Shown piece by piece: positions 50,532-60,686 of a DNA stretch of 64,000 nt. Below the pieces are notes generated by a model. That model was not told the DNA's origin. It saw only the letters and a program-made list of their open reading frames with translations, and did not search any database. The number at the start of each line of letters is the position of its first letter. Position 1 is the stretch's first letter. The position numbers and the translations under genes were made by a program. Origin of the DNA: Alphaproteobacteria bacterium (GTDB lineage Bacteria > Pseudomonadota > Alphaproteobacteria > SP197); NCBI GenBank assembly GCA_964291265.2, contig OZ219746.1:96001-160000 (forward strand). Direction: 5' to 3'.

Positions 50532-52721
50532 ATGGATATCGTTCTGATCGGCGGTGGTCATGCCCACGTCGAGGTTCTGCGAAGCGCTCTCATGACACCC
50601 ATCTCCGGCGCGCGCTTCACCCTGGTCACGCGGGATGTCGCGACACCCTATTCGGGGATGATTCCCGGGTATCTCGCGGGACATTATTCCCGGGCGGAGG
50701 CGCACATCGATCTTGTGCCCCTTGCAGCGCGGGCCGGAGCCCGGCTGATCCATGCTGCCGCCACCGGCCTGGACCCCGAAGCGCGCCAGGTGCAATTCGA
50801 GAACCGTCCCCCCCTGCGTTTCGATGTCGCCTCGCTGAACATCGGTTCCCGACCGGCAAGCGACGGAATCGCCGGAGCCGGGGTGCACGGTCTGCCGGTC
50901 AAGCCAATCGACCGCTTTCTTGAACGCTGGACGGACGTGGAAGCGGTGGCGTGCAGGACCACAGGGCGCTACCGCGTGACGATGGTTGGTGGGGGTGCGG
51001 CCGGCGTCGAGGTCGCCATGGCTCTCCATCGCCGCCTCGCGGACCACATGGACGAGGCCGGGCGTGATTCGGCATCGCTCGTCTTCACCGTCGTGAGCGC
51101 CGATTCGGCCTTGCTGGCGGATCACACGTCCCGCGTGGGCAAGATGCTTGCCCGGGCCCTTGCCGGTGCCGGCATCGGCATCTGCCTGAATGCGCCTGTC
51201 GTGGCACTTGAGCATGGTCATGTCCGCCTGGATGACGGTTCCGCGTTGGAGAGTGATGTCACAGTCCTTGCCACCGGAGCTGCCGCGCCGGACTGGATCC
51301 GCCACACCGGACTCGCCGTTGACAGCAGGGGATTCGTCGCCGTCGATGGCTTCCTGCGTTCGATATCCCACCCGTACGTGTTCGCTGCCGGCGACATCGC
51401 CGGCTTCACACCAGGTGAGCTGCCCAAGAATGGCGTCCACGCCGTGCGCCAGGGGCCGTTTCTGAACAGCACCTTGAGGCGCCTTGCACACGGGCGGGAA
51501 CCAGTGGCCTACAGACCCCAGCGGCACACCCTGGCGCTTGTCTCGACCGGAAGGGCGCGCGCGGTGGCCTCACGGGGACCGGTCGCGGTGTCAGGGCGCT
51601 GGGTGTGGCGGTGGAAGGATCGCATCGACCGGCGGTGGATGCACCGCTATCGGGATCTGCCGATGATGGACGAGGTCCTTCCCATGCGGTGCGGCGGATG
51701 CGGCGCCAAGGTGCCGTCGCGCGTGCTCGAACGGGCGCTGAGCCGTCTGGCTGTTCCCGCCATGCCCGGTGTCCTGGTAGGCCTCGACGCGGCCGACGAC
51801 GCGGCGGTTCTCGCGCCGGTCCCGGGCAAGGTGATGGTGCAGACGGTCGACCAATTCCCGGCCTTCGTTGACGATCCCTGGCTGTTTGGCCGCATCGCGG
51901 CGGTTCACGCACTCTCCGATGTCCACGCCATGGGAGCCGAACCCCATGCCGCCATGGCACTCGTTGGTCTGGTTCCCGGCGAGGCAGACACCATGGAAGA
52001 CGATCTCGTGCACATGCTCGAAGGAGTCCTTTCGATCCTTCGCGAGGAGGGTTGCGCCCTGGTGGGCGGCCATACCGGGGAATCGGACCGCGCCGCCCTG
52101 GGGCTGGCCGTCACCGGTCATGTCGACGAGTCGGCGCTCATTCGTGCTTCGGGCCTCGAACGGGGTGACGTCCTTCTTCTGACAAGACCACTCGGCACCG
52201 GGACACTGCTCGCCGCCAACATGCGCGGCGAGGCCGAGGGTGCGTGGGTCGGGAGCATTCTCGCTGCCATGCAGCGCAGCAATGGACCGGCGGCGCGCCT
52301 TCTCGCCGGTGCCGGCGTCCGTTCGATGACGGACGTGACCGGTTTCGGGCTTGCCGGACACCTGTGGGACATGGCGCGGGCCTCGGGCGTCGCCATCGAG
52401 ATCGGCAGGGTCCCCGCCTATGCCGGGGCGCTCGAACTCCTCGCCCGGGGCCGGGCCAGCACGCTACATCCCGGCAATGTTGCGGCGCTGAAAGGCATCC
52501 TCGATGCCGATGTGGCCGACCCGATCCTGTTTGATCCGCAGACGGCCGGAGGACTCGTTGCCGGACTTCCGGAGGAAAGGGCAGATGAGGCGTTGGCCCT
52601 CCTCCATGAAGCAGGCGAGCTCGGCGCCGCGCTGATCGGACGGGTGACCGGTTCGGAGGCCGCAGCTCTCTCGCTCGGGCCGGGCGCTCAGCCGTTCACG
52701 TATTCCGGCACGAACATGTAG
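50532..52721 (+). CDS. selD: Selenophosphate synthetase fused to an N-terminal FAD/NAD-dependent oxidoreductase
   Basis: GGGHAH and GGGAAGVE (Rossmann), FAAGD; then MRCGGCGAKV, DDAAV, GGHT, TDVTGFGLAGH, DPQTAGGL. Confidence 0.93.
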   Translation: MDIVLIGGGHAHVEVLRSALMTPISGARFTLVTRDVATPYSGMIPGYLAGHYSRAEAHIDLVPLAARAGARLIHAAATGLDPEARQVQFENRPPLRFDVASLNIGSRPASDGIAGAGVHGLPVKPIDRFLERWTDVEAVACRTTGRYRVTMVGGGAAGVEVAMALHRRLADHMDEAGRDSASLVFTVVSADSALLADHTSRVGKMLARALAGAGIGICLNAPVVALEHGHVRLDDGSALESDVTVLATGAAAPDWIRHTGLAVDSRGFVAVDGFLRSISHPYVFAAGDIAGFTPGELPKNGVHAVRQGPFLNSTLRRLAHGREPVAYRPQRHTLALVSTGRARAVASRGPVAVSGRWVWRWKDRIDRRWMHRYRDLPMMDEVLPMRCGGCGAKVPSRVLERALSRLAVPAMPGVLVGLDAADDAAVLAPVPGKVMVQTVDQFPAFVDDPWLFGRIAAVHALSDVHAMGAEPHAAMALVGLVPGEADTMEDDLVHMLEGVLSILREEGCALVGGHTGESDRAALGLAVTGHVDESALIRASGLERGDVLLLTRPLGTGTLLAANMRGEAEGAWVGSILAAMQRSNGPAARLLAGAGVRSMTDVTGFGLAGHLWDMARASGVAIEIGRVPAYAGALELLARGRASTLHPGNVAALKGILDADVADPILFDPQTAGGLVAGLPEERADEALALLHEAGELGAALIGRVTGSEAAALSLGPGAQPFTYSGTNM

Positions 52722-53845
52722 GCTCCCGCGTCGCGGAGCGCCGGGTCGTCGCTCGAGAGACACGTCGAGCGCACATCCTGAATGATCCGGCCGGCCGCAG
52801 TCCGGGTCCAGAACCAGGCGATCACGGCTCCGGTATCGATGGCACCGGTGTAGGCTGCGGCAGACTCCATGTAGTAGGCCTTCAGGTCTTCCGAAGCGAG
52901 GCGCAACTGGTCGATTCCGGCCCCCCGAGCCTGCGTTTCGCCATCGAGCCAGGCGGTGAGCAGCCGGGCGGCGCCGGGCGCGTCCTTGCCCGATCCACCC
53001 AGGGCGGTGCGGCCGCGCCTTGCGACGCTCATCTCATACCAGGGACGCAGGCTGTCGACTTCCTGGAGCAACGGGCCGTCGCGGTTGACGGCCAGGAGGT
53101 CAAGGACATCCCGGTCCTCCCCGTCAGGCGGCGCCTCTTCGGTGAAGTCCTCGAGAACGGACCCGGCTGGTCTGTCGAAGAGGTCGAGGAGGGCCATGAG
53201 GACGCGCCGCTGGAACGGCGCATTGTCTGCCGTACCGAAGGGTCGACCCAGCGGAAACGGCACCCAGAGAGCGCGCGGCGGCCTCACATCCTCGGCCTGA
53301 CCGCGTACCAGAGCGATGAGTGCCGTCGCCAGTCCCTCGTCCTCCATGAATTTTGCCAGTCCGCTCACGGCGCACGTGCAAAGAGGTCAGACGGGGGCGA
53401 GGATGACCGTGTTGACGCCCTCCGCCTTCATCTCGCCGGCAAGGTGGCGCGCCGCGCTTTCCATGGCGAGGGGATCGGTCGCGCCCATGAACGAATAGTG
53501 TGTCTTCGCCACGGAACCGATTGCACCGGTGCCGGCGACCTCCAGGAGCCGCTGCAGTGGGAAGACGACATTGATGTCTTCCTGGAAACCCGTCCGATCG
53601 TGGGATGTCGAAACATGATCCTGAACGACATCCGCCGCATCCTCGACAGGAATGCTCCGGTAGTCTGCCGAGCCCTCGCTGAATGCCTGATCGCCACGCA
53701 GCCGCAGTCCGGCCGAGGACACGAGTGCGACCCGCCGCATGGCCGGCGGCGCCGGTTCGATCCAGGGCGAGCCCGGGATATCGGGACAGGAGAACTCGGT
53801 CAGGAATTCCGCCATGTCCGGGTTGAGGTCAGTCATGCGTACCAA
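52688..53845 (-). CDS. Selenoprotein, PrdB/GrdB (reductase selenoprotein B)-like with C-terminal extension; 385 aa, Sec153
   Basis: ORFs 53387-53845 and 52688-53368 are in frame across TGA 53387-53389, reading ILAPV-U-PLC; VALVSSAG, DINVVFP, HYSFMG, PPRALWVPFPLGRPFG; adjacent selC/selD. Confidence 0.88.
53352..53382 (-). promoter_or_regulatory. Putative bacterial SECIS hairpin
   Basis: UGA CCUC UUUGC AC GUGCGC [CGUGA] GCGGAC UG GCAAA; apical loop 17 nt after UGA with G at its second position. Confidence 0.65.
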
Positions 53846-53861
53846 GGGCGCCTCCTCACGG

Positions 53862-55307
53862 TCAATTGACGCTGTCGACGGTTTCGAGCATCATCGGTGC
53901 GAGAGTATCGACCGTGCGTTCTGCCCAGTCCATCCGTGGCACCGCGTCCATCATGGCCTTCTGGCCGGCTTCCAGGCGATCCAGTTCGGCCGCCAGATCA
54001 ACGGTCACGATCTCTCCATCGGCGACCACGCGCTCGCCATCCACCCAGACATCCTTGACGGCACGTTCGGCAGCGACCACGATGAGTGTGCGCAGGGGCT
54101 CTCGGACTGGCCGCATCGCCGGGTGAGCGAGATCGATCGCCACGAGATCGGCCCTGGCTCCGACGTTGATCTTCCCGAGATCATTGCGCCCCAGGGCCGT
54201 CGCGCCGCCGACCGTGGCGGCATGAAAGATGTCCTGGTAGTCAAGATCGGAGACACTGCCGGCCACGAGGCGGGCGGCAACGGCCGCCGTGCGCATCTCG
54301 TCCAGCATGTTGTGCGGATAGGTGTCGGTGCCCAGGCCCATGACGATCCCGTGCCTCCGGTAACCGCCAAAGGTGTCAAGTGCGATTCCGCGGCGCGAGA
54401 ACACGGTCGGACAATGGGCAACGCCGGCGCCGCAGTCACGCATGAGATCAAGATCGCGACGTGCAGTCCAGTGCAGCCACGGATGATGATCAAGGAAGAT
54501 GCAATGGGCAATCGTGCTTCGTTCATCGAGCACCCCGATGTCGTGCATCCACTGGATCGGCGAGGCACCGTGACGCCTTTGCATCTCGTGGAACTCGGTC
54601 ACGGATTGCGCGGCATGGATCGTCCACGGGAGCTTGCGTTCCCTCGCCGCTGCGTGGCTGTCGCGCAGGGTCTCCTCGCTGCAGGTGTCGACCTGGGAGG
54701 GGGCAACCATGCCCGAAAGGCGGCCTGAGGGATGCTGGCGTGCCAGCTCGATGACGGCCAGCGCCCGCTCCAGCCCCCGGGCGCCGGCGCCTGGCAGCCA
54801 GTCGTAGTCGAGGCTGTGCCCGTCCGTCGTCAACCAGCGTGCATCGCGGAACATCGGTGCGGCGACGGCACGGATGCCGCTCGCAGCAAGGGCGTCGACC
54901 CAGCCGTCGTAGGGCATGGAAAGATCGACCGCCGTGGTGACTCCCGATAGCAGCAATTCGGCGAGCGTCACCTTGAGACAGGCCTCGCGTCCGTCATCGT
55001 CCGTCGGGTTGAAGACCGGCAGGTGTTCATAGAGCGAGCTGTGCCAGAAGCCCGGGGACCGTGTTTCGTCGGTGATCCCCTTGCGCATCGCCTCGCTCTG
55101 GGCGTGGGTGTGGATGTTGACGAGGCCGGGCATGACGAGGAGGCCCGAGCCGTCAATGCGCCGGCTGGCCGGAACGTCCAGGCCCTTGCCGACACGGGTG
55201 ATGGCGCCGTTGGCGAAGGCGAGGTCGGCATGCCGCAGGTAGACATGCCTTGTTCCGTCCCAGGCCACGAGCCAGGCAATATCGTGGATGAGGGTTGTGT
55301 CATGCAT
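53862..55307 (-). CDS. Metal-dependent amidohydrolase (AtzA/SsnA/deaminase-like)
   Basis: PGLVNIHTH, SGVTT, IHAAQ, IAHC, GLGTD, GARADL. Confidence 0.88.
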   Translation of the reverse strand: MHDTTLIHDIAWLVAWDGTRHVYLRHADLAFANGAITRVGKGLDVPASRRIDGSGLLVMPGLVNIHTHAQSEAMRKGITDETRSPGFWHSSLYEHLPVFNPTDDDGREACLKVTLAELLLSGVTTAVDLSMPYDGWVDALAASGIRAVAAPMFRDARWLTTDGHSLDYDWLPGAGARGLERALAVIELARQHPSGRLSGMVAPSQVDTCSEETLRDSHAAARERKLPWTIHAAQSVTEFHEMQRRHGASPIQWMHDIGVLDERSTIAHCIFLDHHPWLHWTARRDLDLMRDCGAGVAHCPTVFSRRGIALDTFGGYRRHGIVMGLGTDTYPHNMLDEMRTAAVAARLVAGSVSDLDYQDIFHAATVGGATALGRNDLGKINVGARADLVAIDLAHPAMRPVREPLRTLIVVAAERAVKDVWVDGERVVADGEIVTVDLAAELDRLEAGQKAMMDAVPRMDWAERTVDTLAPMMLETVDSVN

Positions 55308-55649
55308 GGTTTGGCACCGCCATCATAAGGGCAAGCGCGACAGGGGACCACCCGACAGACATGCGCACGCTTGAAGAAGACGACATCATGCCGCTGGCCG
55401 CCACCGCCTGGACCCTGGGACCCGGCGGTCCGCATGACGGCTGGCTCGGACTGGATGCGCTCTGTCGCTTGGCGTCACGATCGATCTCCTGGCTCTCGAA
55501 GAACTCGGCGACGACTTCGACATGGCTTCGCGCCCGGCGTCCACAGGATCGGCAGAACGATGAACCCGCAGCGGTTCCGGGTCTCGTCAGGCCGTTGCCC
55601 GACCGGGCGCTCTGTGACCTGAGCGGTTCGGCACGGGAAGAATGCTAAG

Positions 55650-56035
55650 CCGAAGTTCCAGCACCGTTCAGAGGTATCGTTATGAATGTATTGACGATTG
55701 AGAGAATCGCGTGTGTCGCTACTGGGAACGCTAGAGGCGCACGCCGAGGTGGTTCAGGGCTTTTTTATGGAGCGTCGTGGGCCGCGTGGTGACCTGGAAG
55801 GGCCGCAGGGTTTCGACGTTCTCCATGGGCCAGGAGGAGAGACTGGTGGCGGGGGGCTCATGCGGTTGGGGACGATGTCCACGTACATGGCAACGTACAT
55901 GGGGGCAACAGCTGCCTGTGTCAACATGGTGTTTCACCGTTACATGGGAACTCTTGCATGTTGTCTCTGTGCGATTTTATCAGTAAGATCAACTAGTTGG
56001 TGTGGTTGTATTGCTAAAGTCGTCCGGAACTTCGG
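55650..56035. mobile_element. 386-bp MITE / non-autonomous element
   Basis: 10-bp TIRs CCGAAGTTCC / GGAACTTCGG, 6-bp TSD GCTAAG (55644-55649 and 56036-56041), lower GC than flanks, no transposase. Confidence 0.75.
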
Positions 56036-56129
56036 GCTAAGTTGAGGACGCGCGAGACAGCCCAACGTGCCGCTGTCTTCTGCAACCACCGCTGCAGCCG
56101 CTGATCCATGCGGCGGCGAACGCCGGTTG

Positions 56130-57164
56130 CTAGACCTTGACCGTGCCACCGGCCTCGCGCCATGCGGCAATGCCGCCGATCATGTGGCAGACATTGCGCA
56201 CGCCGCACTGGCGCGAACTCTCTACCGCCATCGCCGAACGCTCGCCGAAGGCGCAGTAGTAGACAAGTCGATGGCCAGGACGCCCGGCGAGGGCGCGCAG
56301 CGCCCCGCCGGGTTCGATCATCTCCGCGAGGCGATCGTATGGCGCATGCACCGAGCCGGGGATCGTTCCTTCGCGGGCCCGTTCACCGGCCTCACGCAGG
56401 TCGACGAGGATGTCGTCGGGCCGGCGGTCGTGCATCACATCGCGCGCGTGCATCGCGCACTCGGGATGCGCTTCGTCCTCTTGATCTCGGCCGACGCTGA
56501 GATTCGCCGGAACAGCCACGTCCATCATCCTGGGGTCGCTGAGATCGAGGCTGTCCATCAGTTCCGCGTATTCGGCGGGCGAGGCAACCTGGAGGCGAGG
56601 GTTGAAGCGCCTCTCCTCGCCGATGGTGCTCACCGTGTCACCCTTATAGTCGTGGCCGGGATAGACCAGGGTCTCGTCGGGCAGCGTCAGCAACTTGCCG
56701 AAGAGCGAGTCGTACTGCTGCAACGCGTCGCCGTTCTGGAAGTCTGTGCGGCCGGTGCCGCGGATCAGCAGCGTGTCGCCGGTGAAGACCCGGTCCGCCA
56801 TCACGAAGCTGTAGGAATCGGCGGTGTGCCCCGGCGTGTGGAGTGCGCGCAGGCTCACGCCCTCGACCTCGATCGGGTCGCCATCGTCAACGCGCATCGA
56901 GACCACGTTCACCGGCGCCTCGCGGCCCATCACGGTGATGCAACGGGTGCGGTCGCGCAGTGCCGCCATGCCGCTGATGTGGTCAGCGTGGACATGGGTA
57001 TCGAGCACCTTGGCAAGCGTGAGGTCAAGTTCGTCCAGCAGTGTGAGGTAGCGCTCCACCCGCTCCTCTACAGGGTCGATGATGAGCGCCTCGCCCCCGG
57101 CTTGCCCGCCCAGCAGGTAGGTGTAGGTGCCCGAATCCTGATGATGGAGTTGGCGAAAGATCAT
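56130..57164 (-). CDS. Persulfide dioxygenase (ETHE1-like MBL) - rhodanese fusion
   Basis: THVHADHISG, TPGHT, FTGDTLL..G.GRTDF, YPGHDY; C-terminal YCAFGERS. Confidence 0.9.
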   Translation of the reverse strand: MIFRQLHHQDSGTYTYLLGGQAGGEALIIDPVEERVERYLTLLDELDLTLAKVLDTHVHADHISGMAALRDRTRCITVMGREAPVNVVSMRVDDGDPIEVEGVSLRALHTPGHTADSYSFVMADRVFTGDTLLIRGTGRTDFQNGDALQQYDSLFGKLLTLPDETLVYPGHDYKGDTVSTIGEERRFNPRLQVASPAEYAELMDSLDLSDPRMMDVAVPANLSVGRDQEDEAHPECAMHARDVMHDRRPDDILVDLREAGERAREGTIPGSVHAPYDRLAEMIEPGGALRALAGRPGHRLVYYCAFGERSAMAVESSRQCGVRNVCHMIGGIAAWREAGGTVKV

Positions 57165-57583
57165 CGACGGTTGTCCGCTGTGCGATTTGTCACGGCGTCA
57201 TTGTAAGGCTTCGCCGCCGCCTCGGGCCAGCGCAACGGCCCCGGGAGGAGTGACATTCCTTGCCCAACATCCAACGACACTCCGGCCGTCACTCGCCAGA
57301 ATCTCAGCGATTGCCGTGCCACGCGGTTCGTGCCCGGATGGCGCTGACGGGCGAGGAGCAGCTCGTACGTCACCGCCTTGCCGCTCCGCCAAGCCCGGCC
57401 TCGGCGATGAGCTTGCCGGTCCCAGCCCGGCAGCGGGGTGACGCTTGCCGAGGCGCTCGCGTCTTCTGGGCACGCGTTTCGGTCCAGGCAAGCAGGAGGA
57501 CCGGTCGCCAGGCGGCCGGCATCAACCGTCGGATTCGGGGTCACTGGACTTGAGAGCCAGGCCAGAGGGTTTTCGGAAACGCA

Positions 57584-60130
57584 TCATCGGACCTCCGGCG
57601 GGGAGAGGCGGCTCAGCAGGTCATGGCTGTCTGTCTCGGGGGACGCGGCGTCCGGCCTTTCGACGGTGTAGCCAAGGCTCTCATACCCTCGGACGCGCTT
57701 GTCGCTCATGCGCATGAGTGTCGGCACGGAGAGGTCGACATAATCGTGGACCAGCACTTCGTGCTTCGCCGCATGCAGGCGGTGGAGACGGCCGACATAT
57801 TGTGCCAGCGTGCCTCTCCATGAGATCGGCATCGTCAGGAACAGCGTGTCGAGGCGGGCGTCGTCGAAGCCCTCGCCGACATAGCGCCCCGTTGCGATGA
57901 TCACCCGCTCTTGCGTCTCGGGGATGCCTTCGAGACGCTGCATGATCTCGTGGCGCTGCCTGATCCCCATGCCACCACGGAGAACGAGCACGTTCCGGGC
58001 AAAGCGGCCGAGCCGCTCCGCAAGATGGTGGGCATGGTCCCTGCGCTCGGTGAGCAGGATTGGCGACCGGCCCGACTCCAGCGCCTGCAACACGTCGTCG
58101 AAGATGATGTCGTTGCGATCCTCGTCGGCGGCCAGAGCGGCGTAGACATGCTGGATCGGCGGGCGCTCCGCGTCCATGCGGGCCGGCAGCCTGAATCCCG
58201 TCGGGCGCAGGATCGCCCGGTGTCCGAAGGGTCGCTGTCGGGCCTGCGCCTTCGCGCTGGTCCGGAACCGGACGGGACCGCACTGCATGAAGACAATCGG
58301 ATGGTGACCATCCCGGCGCGTGACCGTTGCGGACAGGCCGAGGACGTATGTCGCCTTGGCCCGGCGGGCGACCGCCTCGAAGCTGACGGCGGAGACATGG
58401 TGGCACTCGTCGACCACGAGATGCCCGTAGTCGGCGATGATGTCGTTGACTTCACCCTTGCGCACCAGACTCTGGATGACGCTGACATCGACAATGCCGC
58501 CCGGCTTGCGCCTGCCGCCGCCGATTTGTCCGATCGCGGTGGCAGGGAGATCGAGGAACGCCGCAAGCCGCGCGATCCACTGTTCCATGAGCTGGCGGCG
58601 GTGAACGAGCACCAGCGTGTTGGTCTTGCGGGCGGCGATGACAGACGCGGCGACAACCGTCTTGCCGAACCCGGTTGCAGCCGAAAGCACGCCGGTCTCG
58701 TACGGCAGCAGTGCATCGGCGGCGGATTGCTGTTCCGCTGTCAGGCTTCCGAGAAAGGTCGTTTCAATCGGCCGGCCGGGATTGCGCTCGTCGCGCATGT
58801 CCAGGGAGACGCCCAGTTCATCCAGCAACCCTTTCAACGCCTCGCCGCAGCCGCGAGGCAGGCCGATGTGGTGAGAAAGCAACTCGGCGCAGGCGACGAT
58901 GCGCGGGATTCCGAAGGTGGAGAGCCGCATCGCCTGGGCGCTGTAGAAGGCCGGGTTCTGGAATGCCGCGAGACGCATGAGTCGGTTGACAAGACCGGGC
59001 GGCAGACTGGCGCGCGGAACGTAAATCTGGTCGCTCAGAACCGCGTCGATCCGCTTTGGCAGCGGTCCGGCAATCCGGGGCAGCGGCCGCTGCCGCGACG
59101 GCGCCGCACGCCAGGGCTCGTCATCCTCGTCGCCGAGTGGCAGACGCAGCCCGACAACCCGGCCCTGCCGGCCGGCCTCGTCGGCGATGGCGGCCGCCTC
59201 GGCCGGGGCGAGGCGGCGCATGGACGAAAGAAATGCCCACTGGTCGGCATGGGGCTCGAAGCTGTCGTCCAGAAAGACGCTGTTGCCGTCCTCCCGCGGA
59301 GCGCCCTGCAACGGCAGCGCGATGAGATTGCCGAAGCCGCCGGCGGGCACGGTGTCCTGGCTGGGAAAGAACCGGTCGTAGGACGCGAACCCGATATCCG
59401 GGTTGCGTTCCATCGTCTCGGTGATCAGATGGGCGCCGAGACGGCGTGCGAGGACGGCGGGAACCGGTTCGGCGAAGAAGATCCAGACATGCCCGCCATT
59501 GCCCGAACGCGAGCGTTCGAGGGCCGCCGGTACATCCTTCGAGCGGCAGGCTTCAAGAAAGGCGCCTGCGTCCCGCCGCCAGCTCGCCTTGTCGAAGTCG
59601 GCGGCGAGAAACCGACAGGTGTCGTCCGCAAGCATGGGATAGACGCCGATCGTGTGACGGCCGCGCAGATGCCCGTCGATCGCCTCGTCCGTCACCTCCC
59701 GGAATGCCTGGTTGGGACAGGCACCGCACTTGACGCGCGGCTTGTCGCAGATGCGGGGCACCCACTCGTTGGCGCAGACCGGCGCGTAGCCTGCCTTGCT
59801 CTTCGCGGCATTTTCCCAGCGCTTCGAATAGACATCCTCGCGACCACGAAACAGGGATCTGAACAGTGCGATCTTTTCGCCCGTCGGCGAACGGTTGGTG
59901 ATCGGTCCCGCGGACGGCAGGACGTCCTTCAACGCCGTGGAGCGGCCCCCGATCTCGACGAGACGGACCTCGAGGGCCGCCTTCTCGACCTCAAGGCGCG
60001 CAAGCCGCCTGCGAATGAGCGCGGCTTCCCCGTGGTGACATGAAGCGTGCGCCAACGTGTCCCCGTTTCGTGGATCGACCCGTGCATGGGGGCAAGCAAG
60101 CAGGATAGGACTCCTCGAAAGGCCCGGCAA
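57584..60130 (-). CDS. TOTE-type archaeo-eukaryotic primase domain + DEAD/DEAH (ResIII-like) helicase; start uncertain
   Basis: ERSRSGNGGHVWIFF, GNLIALPLQG, AATGFGKT, VVDECHH, GLSAT, QYVGRLHR. Confidence 0.82.
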   Translation of the reverse strand: MPGLSRSPILLACPHARVDPRNGDTLAHASCHHGEAALIRRRLARLEVEKAALEVRLVEIGGRSTALKDVLPSAGPITNRSPTGEKIALFRSLFRGREDVYSKRWENAAKSKAGYAPVCANEWVPRICDKPRVKCGACPNQAFREVTDEAIDGHLRGRHTIGVYPMLADDTCRFLAADFDKASWRRDAGAFLEACRSKDVPAALERSRSGNGGHVWIFFAEPVPAVLARRLGAHLITETMERNPDIGFASYDRFFPSQDTVPAGGFGNLIALPLQGAPREDGNSVFLDDSFEPHADQWAFLSSMRRLAPAEAAAIADEAGRQGRVVGLRLPLGDEDDEPWRAAPSRQRPLPRIAGPLPKRIDAVLSDQIYVPRASLPPGLVNRLMRLAAFQNPAFYSAQAMRLSTFGIPRIVACAELLSHHIGLPRGCGEALKGLLDELGVSLDMRDERNPGRPIETTFLGSLTAEQQSAADALLPYETGVLSAATGFGKTVVAASVIAARKTNTLVLVHRRQLMEQWIARLAAFLDLPATAIGQIGGGRRKPGGIVDVSVIQSLVRKGEVNDIIADYGHLVVDECHHVSAVSFEAVARRAKATYVLGLSATVTRRDGHHPIVFMQCGPVRFRTSAKAQARQRPFGHRAILRPTGFRLPARMDAERPPIQHVYAALAADEDRNDIIFDDVLQALESGRSPILLTERRDHAHHLAERLGRFARNVLVLRGGMGIRQRHEIMQRLEGIPETQERVIIATGRYVGEGFDDARLDTLFLTMPISWRGTLAQYVGRLHRLHAAKHEVLVHDYVDLSVPTLMRMSDKRVRGYESLGYTVERPDAASPETDSHDLLSRLSPPEVR

Positions 60131-60686
60131 ACATCGCCGACGCCGCTTGCGCTTCGGCTTGACCGCTGCATGGGGACAATGCCGTCGAGAAATCGGTCGC
60201 GTGTACTCAGCGTGGTCATTCGGGCGCCACGGTGCACCGTGGCGTCACCGAGGCGTGGCGCCGGGACGGCAAGGCCCGGTCCTCGTCGGTGCGGTGCTTG
60301 CGGTGGAAGGCATGCCCATGCCGGTCGACCGGTTCGCCCAGGATTTCACTCTCGTATCGTCCTGACCGGGGCTGCCTTCAACTCGGGTGTAGTTCTCGTA
60401 TGGCGAAGCCAAGTCATTGAATTATCACGGTTGTGCGGTCGTGATGGAGCGGCGAATACGGGGTTTCGTGACAATTGTCCGTTTCAGGACCGGATCTTGT
60501 CACGACAGCAGGGCTTGGCGGTGGATGCGGGAACGCTCCGCGGCGCAAGATGCGATATGATGCTCCCAAGCTCGGGCCTCACCCAGCGATCGAAGCGGAA
60601 TGGCCTGCTACAACCCGGCGCATGGTTCGCCGGGCACGGCTTGTCGGCCTCGACCTGGCAGACTGCCCTGGAGCACGAGACCACGC

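Noticed and set aside
57911-60043. 710-aa plus-strand ORF, and similar long antisense ORFs elsewhere
   Set aside because: Antisense shadows of real genes in high-GC DNA, with no motifs.
60367-60395. GGGGCTGCCTTCAACTCGGGTGTAG, resembling an IS256-like end
   Set aside because: No partner end, TSD or transposase found in the window.
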